Shown piece after piece: positions 1 through 6,628 of a stretch of DNA of 36,751 nucleotides. Every line of letters begins with the position of its first letter. Positions within the stretch are counted from its first letter, which is position 1. A model generated the notes under the pieces. It saw only the letters and a program-made list of their open reading frames with translations, did no database searches and was not told where the DNA came from. Where the stretch lies: the NCBI GenBank assembly GCA_905234575.1, contig CAJOIG010000001.1:1-36751 (forward strand), read 5' to 3'. Made by a program: the position numbers and the translations under genes. The DNA is from an uncultured Oscillospiraceae bacterium. Lineage in GTDB: Bacteria > Bacillota > Clostridia > Oscillospirales > Oscillospiraceae.

Positions 1-190
1 GCGAATGGACTTCGGAGGGCAATCGGAAGGCGCGGACCCAGTCGTCCCGCCCTATGTGCGACGGAGAAGGCACTCCGTGAACAAGGCCGCCGTGTGATGG
101 CACGGAGCAGAGCGGGCGCGTATCGCGTCAAGCCGGGTGGCACCGCAGGTTTTATCCTGTCCCAGCATAGTATGCTGGGGCAGTTTTTTT
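1..190 (+). promoter_or_regulatory. T-box riboswitch leader (5' part probably cut by window edge), likely Trp-specific, controlling the downstream trpB2-like gene
   Basis: T-box consensus GGGTGGCACCGC at 135-146. It is followed by a 12-bp terminator hairpin (ctgtcccagcat / atgctggggcag, 157-183) and a T7 run (184-190). GAA-UGG-A at 3-9 is a possible Trp specifier. The element lies just upstream of a Trp-pathway gene. Confidence 0.6.
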
Positions 191-304
191 ATCGGAAAGG
201 AGAGATCACGATGAATCAGTTTCCGGGCAGGCGATGGCGGCGCTGACCGTTTCCGACATCCGCCGACCACCCAAACCGATCATGTAATAAAAAGGAGAAT
301 CATC

Positions 305-1693
305 ATGAGCATCAACGAAAACAAGATTCCTTATAAAATCTATCTCTCCGAGGAGGAGATCCCCCAGGCCTGGTACAACCTCCGGGCGGACATGAAGACG
401 AAGCCCGCCCCCCTGCTGAATCCCGCAACCGGCCAGCCCATGACCGCGGCCGAGCTCTCCGCCGTCTTCTGCGAGGAGCTCGTCGCCCAGGAGCTGGACA
501 ACGACACCGCCTTCATCCCCATCCCCCGGGAGATCCGGGACTTCTACAAGATGTACCGTCCCGCGCCGCTGGTCCGGGCGTACTGCCTCGAGGAGGCCCT
601 GGGCACCCCCGCGAAGATCTACTACAAATTCGAGGGCAACAACACCTCCGGCAGCCATAAGCTCAACTCCGCCATCGCCCAGGCGTATTACGCGAAGAAG
701 CAGGGCCTCAAAGGCGTCACCACCGAGACCGGCGCCGGGCAGTGGGGCACCGCGCTGTCCATGGCCTGCGCGTATCTCGGCCTCGATCTGAAGGTCTTCA
801 TGGTCAAGGTCAGCTACGAGCAGAAGCCCTTCCGCCGGGAGGTCATGCGGACCTACGGCGCGGACGTGACGCCCTCCCCCTCGAACACCACGAACGTCGG
901 GCGGAAGATCCTCGAGGAATTTCCCGGCACCACGGGCTCCCTGGGCTGCGCCATCTCCGAGGCGGTGGAGGTCGCCGTATCGAACCCCGGCTACCGCTAC
1001 GTCCTCGGCAGCGTGCTGAACCAGGTCCTGCTGCACCAGTCCGTCATCGGCCTCGAGGCCAAGGCTGCGCTGGACAAATACGGCGTGAAGCCCGACATCG
1101 TCATCGGCTGCGCCGGCGGCGGCTCGAACCTCGGAGGCCTCATCGCCCCCTTCATGGGCGAGAAGCTGCGCGGCGAGGCGGACTACCGCATCATCGCCGT
1201 GGAGCCCGCCTCCTGCCCGAGCTTCACCCGCGGCACCTTCGCCTACGACTTCTGCGACACCGGCATGATCTGCCCCCTCGCGAAGATGTACACCCTCGGC
1301 AGCTCCTTCATCCCCTCCCCGAACCACGCGGGCGGCCTGCGCTTCCACGGCATGTCCAGCATCCTCAGCCAGCTCTACCACGACGGGTACATGGAGGCCA
1401 CGTCGGTGGAGCAGACCTCCGTGTTCGAGGCCGCGGAGCGCTTCGCCCGGGTGGAGGGCATCCTGCCCGCGCCGGAGTCCGCCCACGCCATCCGCGTCGC
1501 CATCGACGAGGCCCTCAAGTGCAAGGAGACCGGCGAGGAGAAGACCATCCTCTTCGGCCTGACCGGCACCGGCTACTTCGACCTCACCGCCTACCAGAAG
1601 TTCAACGACGGCGAGATGAGCGACTACATCCCCACGGACGAGGAGCTCGCACGTTCCATCGCGATGCTTCCCCATGTCCCCGGCCAGAACTGA
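305..1693 (+). CDS. trpB: TrpB2-type tryptophan synthase beta subunit-like PLP-dependent enzyme (host gene)
   Basis: 462-aa ORF with RBS AAAGGAGAA upstream. The N-terminus (IPYKIYLSEEEIPQAWYNL) is typical of long TrpB2 proteins. Also present: the SGSHKLN PLP-lysine motif, the GCAGGGSN glycine loop, and strong GC3 bias. Confidence 0.85.
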   Translation: MSINENKIPYKIYLSEEEIPQAWYNLRADMKTKPAPLLNPATGQPMTAAELSAVFCEELVAQELDNDTAFIPIPREIRDFYKMYRPAPLVRAYCLEEALGTPAKIYYKFEGNNTSGSHKLNSAIAQAYYAKKQGLKGVTTETGAGQWGTALSMACAYLGLDLKVFMVKVSYEQKPFRREVMRTYGADVTPSPSNTTNVGRKILEEFPGTTGSLGCAISEAVEVAVSNPGYRYVLGSVLNQVLLHQSVIGLEAKAALDKYGVKPDIVIGCAGGGSNLGGLIAPFMGEKLRGEADYRIIAVEPASCPSFTRGTFAYDFCDTGMICPLAKMYTLGSSFIPSPNHAGGLRFHGMSSILSQLYHDGYMEATSVEQTSVFEAAERFARVEGILPAPESAHAIRVAIDEALKCKETGEEKTILFGLTGTGYFDLTAYQKFNDGEMSDYIPTDEELARSIAMLPHVPGQN

Positions 1694-1712
1694 AGCACGA
1701 AAGCGCAAAAAG

Positions 1713-1746
1713 GACCCGCCATCCGACAATGGATGGCGGGTCTTTT
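1713..1746 (+). terminator. Intrinsic terminator of trpB2
   Basis: Perfect 12-bp stem GACCCGCCATCC / GGATGGCGGGTC with a 6-nt loop, followed by TTTT. Confidence 0.8.
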
Positions 1747-1749
1747 CGC

Positions 1750-1794
1750 TGGAGCTAGTGGCCAGACTCGAACTGGCGACCTGCTGATTACGAA
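1750..1794 (-). repeat. attL: displaced 3' portion of tRNA-Thr (CCA end, T-arm, variable loop, 3' anticodon stem and anticodon loop); not a complete tRNA
   Basis: 41 of 45 nt are identical to 36527-36571. The four differences are two compensatory T-stem pair swaps. Identity ends exactly after ...GATTACGAA (1794 / 36571). No 5' acceptor or D-arm follows. Confidence 0.85.
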
Positions 1795-1916
1795 CCGGTC
1801 CGCGGAGACCGCGCGGTTATTGCGGTTCGCCCGCAATCCCTTGCGCCGTGCGGGGTTGACGGTTTGCCGCAGAGCGCAAGGCCGCGCCATAAAACGCCGC
1901 ACGGACGGCCCTGGAA

Positions 1917-1955
1917 ATGGGGTAACGAGTCAACGCAGGGGGTACAAATGGGGTA
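1917..1955. repeat. Putative integrase arm-type binding sites (P' arm): ATGGGGTA (1917-1924), AGGGGGTA (1937-1944), ATGGGGTA (1948-1955)
   Basis: Three direct copies of A-N-GGGGTA lie between attL and the integrase stop codon. The same octamer recurs in the opposite arm at 36423-36465. Confidence 0.5.
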
Positions 1956-3140
1956 TTATTTTGCAGGCTCGAAGGCAGCCAAAACTCCCGCGGCGAGCTC
2001 CGCCGGAGTGGCCTTCTGCAGGCTCGTGTAAATACGCAGTGTAATATCCGGGCTCGAATGCCCGGCCAGGTACTGGACGCGCTTGAGATCCATTCCCGAG
2101 AGCACCAGGCGCGTGACATAGGTATGCCGCAGGGTGTGCGGCGTCGGCATCGTGTCCAGGGTCACGGTCATTCTGTGCTTCGGGATCTTCTCCCCCAGGC
2201 GGCGCCCGGAGGCCGTACTGCGGGTGCGGATCGTCTCCCACCGGCGCCGGAACGCAGTGTAGCTTACCGGGCCGCCCTTGTCGTCACAATACACATACAG
2301 CTCCCGGAGCTTCTCGAGCTTCGCGGCCTCGCTGCCGCGGAGCTTTTTCATCTGCGCGGCACGGAGTCCGTGCAGATATTGCACGAGCTGCGGCGGGATC
2401 GGGATGTCCCGCCGGGCCGCCGCGGTCTTGAGCTCATCGCTCACCTCGGGCTTATGGGCATCCGGCCAGCGGCAGCCGCGCCGGACCTCGATGTAGGGCG
2501 CGTCCCCGTCCAGGTGGACGCAATCCCAGCGGAGGCCGCAGATCTCCCCGCGGCGCATCCCGGTATAGAGTCCCAGCATGACAAACGGCTCCACCTTCAG
2601 CCCGCGCACGGCCTCCAGCAGCGCCGCCTGCTGGGCGTCCGTGAGGGCCGCCTTCGGCGCCGGGGCCTCTCCCCCAGCCTTGATCTTGACGGACGGGTCC
2701 TTCGGGATCACGTCGGCGTCGGCGGCCGCGCTGAAAAGCTGCTTTAGAACCATCACCGTGTCCTTCTGGGTCCGGCGGCTGAGGTGCGCCCGGGTGGCCA
2801 GCACGTCCAGGAGATCGTCCTTTGTGATCTCCGCCATGGGCTTGCCGCCGATGACCGGGCAGATGATGTTATTGACCTGGTAGGCGTAGGACTTGCGCTG
2901 GCCCTCGCTCAAATGCGGAGCGCGCCGGGCGTACCAGGCCGCGGCGTACTCATAGACATACATTTCCTTCGGCGGCACGCTGCCGGCGACGAGCTCCGTC
3001 TTGCGCCGCTGGACCTTCTCGGCCAGTTCCGGGAGGGTTCTGCCGTAAACGTCCTCCGTCCGGCCGTCCGGGCGGGTGATCCGCTGCCGGTAATACTGCC
3101 CGCCGGGGCCGTATGCTTTTTTACGCTTTTTCGGCGGCAT
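1956..3140 (-). CDS. int: Tyrosine recombinase / phage integrase
   Basis: C-terminal catalytic signature (GMRRGEICGLRW ... HTLRHTYVTRLV ... LAGHSSPDITLRIYT). Adjacent to attL. I prefer the ATG at 3140 (RBS AAAGGA) over the GTG at 3170 used in the ORF track, because that GTG lies inside a 17-nt palindrome. Confidence 0.9.
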   Translation of the reverse strand: MPPKKRKKAYGPGGQYYRQRITRPDGRTEDVYGRTLPELAEKVQRRKTELVAGSVPPKEMYVYEYAAAWYARRAPHLSEGQRKSYAYQVNNIICPVIGGKPMAEITKDDLLDVLATRAHLSRRTQKDTVMVLKQLFSAAADADVIPKDPSVKIKAGGEAPAPKAALTDAQQAALLEAVRGLKVEPFVMLGLYTGMRRGEICGLRWDCVHLDGDAPYIEVRRGCRWPDAHKPEVSDELKTAAARRDIPIPPQLVQYLHGLRAAQMKKLRGSEAAKLEKLRELYVYCDDKGGPVSYTAFRRRWETIRTRSTASGRRLGEKIPKHRMTVTLDTMPTPHTLRHTYVTRLVLSGMDLKRVQYLAGHSSPDITLRIYTSLQKATPAELAAGVLAAFEPAK

Positions 3141-3153
3141 GGACGGTCCTTTC

Positions 3154-3170
3154 GTGCCCGATTCGGGCAC
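3154..3170. repeat. 17-nt palindrome GTGCCCGATTCGGGCAC (copy A), immediately 5' of the int RBS on the minus strand
   Basis: Exact second copy at 4988-5004. 7-bp stem with a 3-nt loop. Confidence 0.7.
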
Positions 3171-3176
3171 ATGATC

Positions 3177-3527
3177 TTATTGATGGCCGGTGGTAGTCTG
3201 CATGCCCGCGCGGATCGCGGCGACATCCAGGCAAAGCCCCATCAGCTGCGTCCGCTGGGTCTCCGTATCCTCCACGAGGGCGCCGAAGGCGTACAGGAGG
3301 AGCCCGTTCATCCAGCCGATCAGCGTGCCGGCCAGGGTGCACACCACCAACGGGACGGCGAAGTCCGCCGTGGAGCGCTCCATGATGACCCCCATCGCCA
3401 GGAGCTCATCGGTCTGGGCGCTGACCAGCCCGCCGACAACCAGGCCCGCCAGGAAGCCGACCAGGATGTCCAGGATCAGGATGATAGTCGCCAGGGTCTT
3501 CAGCTGCTTGCCGGGGTTCTTAAACAT
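3177..3527 (-). CDS. Small multi-pass membrane protein, unknown function (lysogeny-operon cargo)
   Basis: 116 aa with strong RBS AAGGAGG 7 nt upstream. Hydrophobic segments include TLATIILILDILVGFLAGLVVGGLV and LVVCTLAGTLIGWMNGLLLYAFGALV. High GC3. Confidence 0.7.
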   Translation of the reverse strand: MFKNPGKQLKTLATIILILDILVGFLAGLVVGGLVSAQTDELLAMGVIMERSTADFAVPLVVCTLAGTLIGWMNGLLLYAFGALVEDTETQRTQLMGLCLDVAAIRAGMQTTTGHQ

Positions 3528-3570
3528 GGGAGGACCTCCTTAGGGCTCTTTGGTTTGCCCGCGGGCATGT

Positions 3571-4002
3571 TTACAACCGCAGGCCGGGGGTTTTCTGCCC
3601 GGCGCGGAAGCGGCGGCCGCAGCTGAGGCAGGTGGAATAAACCGTCTGGCTGCCGATGCCGCCGGAGGCCATGCCGATGGCCGCGCCGATCGCAAGCCCG
3701 CCGAACGCTCCGAGCCAGAAGCCCGCGCCGCCCAGCACCAGCGCCCAGAACAGGCCGCGCCCGACTTTGTACCCGCGCTTGTTCGCCGAGAGGCTGGTGC
3801 CTCCGCAGAAGGGACAGCAGGCAATGCCCTGGGCTCGCTTTTTCTGCATATCTGCCTCCCGGCGTTTTCGGTCATCGAGCTGGCGCTGAACAGCCGGGCG
3901 CAGCAGCGTCTTGCCCTCTTTTTTCTTGACAATGACCGTCGGAATGATCATGAGGGCGAAAAAGCCCAACACGATCAGAACGGACAGCAAGCCGGCGTTC
4001 AT
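3571..4002 (-). CDS. Membrane protein with a split CxxC...CxxC zinc-ribbon and a glycine-zipper TM segment, unknown function
   Basis: 143 aa. N-terminal TM (LLSVLIVLGFFALMIIPTVIV), CPFCGG, a Gly-rich TM segment (LVLGGAGFWLGAFGGLAIGAAIGMASGG), then CLSCG. The start overlaps the upstream stop as ATGA (3999-4002). Confidence 0.7.
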   Translation of the reverse strand: MNAGLLSVLIVLGFFALMIIPTVIVKKKEGKTLLRPAVQRQLDDRKRREADMQKKRAQGIACCPFCGGTSLSANKRGYKVGRGLFWALVLGGAGFWLGAFGGLAIGAAIGMASGGIGSQTVYSTCLSCGRRFRAGQKTPGLRL

Positions 4003-4967
4003 GGCGCTGCGGCGCTGACGCCGACAATGGCCAGGAACTCGTCCTCGCCGATGATGCGAATTTGCGCGGCCCCGGATTCGTTCAGGGCATAGGCTTTCTC
4101 TTCCTTCGCGCTCATTCCGTCGTCGCCTACCAGCGCCATGTCCTGTCTGCCGACCACAAGTATGTTAGTTAGCTTACTTACGCTCGATCTGACTACAGCA
4201 CCGGCATTGACGGCCAACTGCGCGGCTTCTTTTCTCTCCATGCGCATCTCACCGGTGAAGACAATGGTCTTCCCGCATAAAGGGCCTCCCTCTGCGCCAT
4301 CGGCACAGGGTTGCAGATCGCTGACGCGGAAACTGGCGGTGGAGGGTATCTTCCAACTGCCGCCAATGGCCCGGATCGGCTTCAACTCCGAATAGACCCG
4401 CCTGTCGATGGGCTGCTTTGCCAGCAGCTCCCAGAGGGTCTCACAGCCCAGCGCCCGGATGCCCAGGACGGTAATATTCGCGCACATGGCGGCATCGGCC
4501 AGCGCGTCGTGATGCGTAAAGCCCTCAAGATTGATACCCATCTCTTTTGCGCAGTTATCCAGGGACAGACTGCCAGACACGAAATACCTGGCAATATCCA
4601 TGGAGTTGACATACACGAAGTCGGGAAACTCCGCCGCGTCCGAAGCCATACGCAGCACCGACATATCGAACTGGGGATTATGTGCCACGACGGGCACATG
4701 AGGGTCGAAGAACCGCGATATTTCCGGCAGCAGATCAGCAAAGGCAGGCGCGTTTTCCGTCTGCTTCGGCGTGATCCCGTGTATCTCTATGTTGTGCGCA
4801 TCATACACATTTTGGGGCGGCTGGATCAGCGAATAGAATTGATCCACGATATGCACGCCCGATACCGCAACGATGCCGACGGCGCAGGCGCTCGAAATGC
4901 GGGCTGTCGCCGTCTCGAAGTCTATGGCGATGAAATCAGGCGCTTGGTTCTCTGAGTTTTCAGTCAT
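3999..4967 (-). CDS. DnaQ/DEDDh-type 3'-5' exonuclease fused to a C-terminal BRCT domain
   Basis: 322 aa. Exo I is IAIDFETA, Exo II is VAHNPQFDMSVL, Exo III is HHDALADA. The C-terminal GKTIVFTG...AGAVVRSSVSKLTNILVVG...IRIIGEDEF is BRCT-like (LigA type). Confidence 0.8.
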   Translation of the reverse strand: MTENSENQAPDFIAIDFETATARISSACAVGIVAVSGVHIVDQFYSLIQPPQNVYDAHNIEIHGITPKQTENAPAFADLLPEISRFFDPHVPVVAHNPQFDMSVLRMASDAAEFPDFVYVNSMDIARYFVSGSLSLDNCAKEMGINLEGFTHHDALADAAMCANITVLGIRALGCETLWELLAKQPIDRRVYSELKPIRAIGGSWKIPSTASFRVSDLQPCADGAEGGPLCGKTIVFTGEMRMERKEAAQLAVNAGAVVRSSVSKLTNILVVGRQDMALVGDDGMSAKEEKAYALNESGAAQIRIIGEDEFLAIVGVSAAAP

Positions 4968-4987
4968 GCCGGTCCCCCTCTCTCCGT

Positions 4988-5004
4988 GTGCCCGATTCGG
5001 GCAC
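4988..5004. repeat. 17-nt palindrome GTGCCCGATTCGGGCAC (copy B), between the repressor stop and the exonuclease RBS
   Basis: Identical to 3154-3170. On the plus strand it is followed by a T7 run; on the minus (sense) strand it is preceded by an A-run. Confidence 0.7.
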
Positions 5005-5016
5005 CGTTTTTTTATA

Positions 5017-5352
5017 TTATGCGGATTGCGTCTCCGTCGCGGAGGACTCGTCTTGCCAGAAGGGGTCCAGGGCCAGGCGCACCATGTCCCGCGTGTGATC
5101 GTCGGCGCGGCGGTGCGCGATGATCAGGCTCTCCTCCTCCGGCGTGAGCTGGAGCCCGCCCGTCGGGCTGCGCCCCAAAAGGTAATCCGCGGTGCAATCA
5201 AAGATGTCACAGAGACGGCAAATAACAGAGGAGTCAATATTGTTGTGACCTGTTTCATAATGACCTATCGTCTGTCGGACTGAGTTCAAACGCTCTGCTA
5301 AATCATCCTGCGTCCAGCCCTTTGCCTGCCGGAGATCTTTAATTCGGTTCAT
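5017..5352 (-). CDS. XRE-family HTH repressor (CI-like)
   Basis: HTH sequence GWTQDDLAERLNSVRQTIGHYETGHNNIDSSVICRLCDIF. Divergent from the early operon. The ATG at 5352 with RBS GAGGTG is preferred over the GTG at 5361. Confidence 0.85.
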   Translation of the reverse strand: MNRIKDLRQAKGWTQDDLAERLNSVRQTIGHYETGHNNIDSSVICRLCDIFDCTADYLLGRSPTGGLQLTPEEESLIIAHRRADDHTRDMVRLALDPFWQDESSATETQSA

Positions 5353-5382
5353 TCCCCACACCTCTATATAGCTTTAGTGAAA

Positions 5383-5390
5383 ATTATACA
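5383..5390 (-). promoter_or_regulatory. Extended -10 element TGTATAAT of the leftward (repressor) promoter
   Basis: The minus strand reads GGGTTGACACTGTATAATTT about 30 nt upstream of the repressor ATG. Confidence 0.5.
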
Positions 5391-5416
5391 GTGTCAACCC
5401 TGCAATTTCATTAATT

Positions 5417-5502
5417 GCTATAAAACATAGCGGAAAAATGTTAATACACTTGACAAAGCTATTAATCGTAGCATATTATTAACTCGCGCTATGAAACGTA
5501 GC
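5417..5502. promoter_or_regulatory. Three operator-like 15-bp dyads GCTA-N7-TAGC (5417-5431, 5458-5472, 5488-5502)
   Basis: The dyads are GCTATAAAACATAGC, GCTATTAATCGTAGC and GCTATGAAACGTAGC, in the AT-rich divergent region. The middle site lies in the spacer of the rightward promoter. Confidence 0.6.
5450..5479 (+). promoter_or_regulatory. Rightward early promoter (TTGACA 5450-5455, TATTAT 5474-5479)
   Basis: Consensus -35, an 18-nt spacer, and a near-consensus -10, facing the early operon. Confidence 0.6.
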
Positions 5503-5628
5503 GTTTCTTCTCCCCGCCTTCCGAGGGTCCCTTGACGCCATTCGGGGTCCGGGCGCCCGCCGTCTTTTTCATACCCTTCTCCGGCGAGGCGCCCAGGCGA
5601 GGCGGGAGACAGACAGGAGGCGCGCACC

Positions 5629-5877
5629 ATGGGCAAGGGACCAAAACCAAACGCAAACCCCGCCCAGCTCCGGGCCGCGAAGGCCGAGGGCATGGACATC
5701 ACGATGGTCTTTTGCCTGACCGTCCTCGCGGACAAGTACGGCTTCGACCGGGAGGCCCTCAAGGGCTTTTTGACCCACATCAAGGACCTGTCCGAGGGGA
5801 TCACCCGGGGATATATCCAATACAAGGACCTGCACCGCGTCCTGGTGGACGAGCAGGATCTCGACTGGAGGAGCTGA
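5629..5877 (+). CDS. Hypothetical early protein (first gene of the rightward operon)
   Basis: 82 aa, RBS AGGAGG, GC3 bias. Confidence 0.7.
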   Translation: MGKGPKPNANPAQLRAAKAEGMDITMVFCLTVLADKYGFDREALKGFLTHIKDLSEGITRGYIQYKDLHRVLVDEQDLDWRS

Positions 5878-5988
5878 CAATGATGCTCAAGGGCTGGATC
5901 GCTATTACTGCGTCTGCGCGGCGGGCGCGCTGCTCGTAAAGCCGGCGGCGTCGATCCTCATGATCGCCGCGGCGATGGTGCTGACGCG

Positions 5989-6081
5989 ATGAACGACACC
6001 GTCTGGGGGCTGATCGCCGGGTCGATCCTCGGGATCCTCGTGTGCGTGGTCTGGCCCCTGGTCATGGGCTGGGCCGCCTGA
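5989..6081 (+). CDS. Possible 30-aa single-TM peptide (MNDTVWGLIAGSILGILVCVVWPLVMGWAA)
   Basis: Below the ORF-track cutoff. Very high GC3 and a hydrophobic core, but no clear RBS. Confidence 0.3.
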   Translation: MNDTVWGLIAGSILGILVCVVWPLVMGWAA

Positions 6082-6185
6082 CCGCTGCACGATGCGGGCC
6101 GCATAGCTCCGGGGAAAACGATTTGAACAGCCAGCGACAATGGAATATCCCCCGGCCCGTATCGTGGAGCGGTCAGCGCTCCGAA

Positions 6186-6198
6186 TATCACGAGAACA
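6186..6198 (+). promoter_or_regulatory. Motif TATCACGAGAACA (copy 1 of 4)
   Basis: Directly precedes the RBS of the 6211 gene. See copies at 6616, 8831 and 11274. Confidence 0.5.
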
Positions 6199-6210
6199 AG
6201 GAGCTGCAGC

Positions 6211-6405
6211 ATGAAGATCAAAGATTTGAAGAAGGGCGACTTTTTCACCCGCACCCCGAACCCGGACCCGAAGGACAGCCAGGTATGGATCCGCGGGGAC
6301 TATGACCGCGAGGCGAAGCGCTACGAGTGCACGCGCTTTGACAACATCTGCGTCTCGGTCCTCCTTCCGGGGGACAAGGATGTTTACACCGAGTTTGTGT
6401 TCTGA
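6211..6405 (+). CDS. Hypothetical small protein (64 aa)
   Basis: RBS AAGGAG, GC3 bias. Confidence 0.7.
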   Translation: MKIKDLKKGDFFTRTPNPDPKDSQVWIRGDYDREAKRYECTRFDNICVSVLLPGDKDVYTEFVF

Positions 6406-6418
6406 GGAGGACAACGGC

Positions 6419-6607
6419 ATGACAGACGACAAATTGCTCGCCGCGCAGGAGCGGATCATGGAGGCCGTGTGCGACCTCTGTCACTGGCCCTACGAGTACA
6501 GGGCCGCGGACGAGGAGACCATGCACGCCGAGAAGTGCGCGATCTGCCCGGCGGCCCAGCGCGTGGAGGAGGTCCTCCGGGAGGCGGGCAAGATCGAGGA
6601 AACCTGA
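6419..6607 (+). CDS. Hypothetical small Cys-rich protein (CxxC ... CxxC, 62 aa)
   Basis: RBS GAGGAGG. Sequence includes CDLCHW...EKCAICP. The internal ATG at 6419 is chosen over the ORF-track start at 6302. Confidence 0.7.
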   Translation: MTDDKLLAAQERIMEAVCDLCHWPYEYRAADEETMHAEKCAICPAAQRVEEVLREAGKIEET

Positions 6608-6615
6608 AAGGAGGC

Positions 6616-6628
6616 TGTCACGAGAACA
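6616..6628 (+). promoter_or_regulatory. Motif TGTCACGAGAACA (copy 2 of 4)
   Basis: Lies between the RBS and the start codon of the 6628 gene. Confidence 0.5.

Noticed and set aside
211-246. An 11-codon mini-ORF (MNQFPGRRWRR) with an RBS between the T-box terminator and trpB2, considered as a Trp leader peptide.
   Set aside because: It has a single Trp codon and lies downstream of the terminator rather than overlapping alternative structures. The T-box already explains regulation. There is insufficient evidence for translation.
1750-1860. A possible second complete tRNA at the left prophage junction.
   Set aside because: Only the 3' part (anticodon loop to CCA) is present. The sequence 5' of the anticodon loop (CCGGTCCGCGG...) cannot form the anticodon stem, D-arm or acceptor. 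It is the displaced att fragment.
3141-3170. ORF-track N-terminal extensions: int from GTG 3170, repressor from GTG 5361, dnaB from 9428, parB from 11930, major tail protein from 26381, holin from 34858, and others.
   Set aside because: Internal ATGs with proper RBS spacing, or ATGA/overlap coupling to the upstream stop, fit better. Several of the extensions run through palindromes or upstream coding sequence.
4988-5013. Palindrome copy B plus T7 read as a plus-strand intrinsic terminator.
   Set aside because: No plus-strand gene lies upstream of it inside the prophage. The identical copy at 3154 has no T-run. It is treated as a member of the palindrome family instead, although a role in blocking antisense read-through cannot be excluded.
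5880-6210. A 330-nt stretch after the first early gene with only tiny ORFs. These are a 19-aa ORF at 5880-5939, the 30-aa TM peptide at 5989-6081, and a 24-aa ORF at 6140-6214 that overlaps the next start as ATGA.
   Set aside because: Only the 30-aa hydrophobic ORF has a coding-like signature, and it is listed at low confidence. The others lack an RBS or plausible sequence. The long minus-strand ORF 5905-6459 is a shadow frame.
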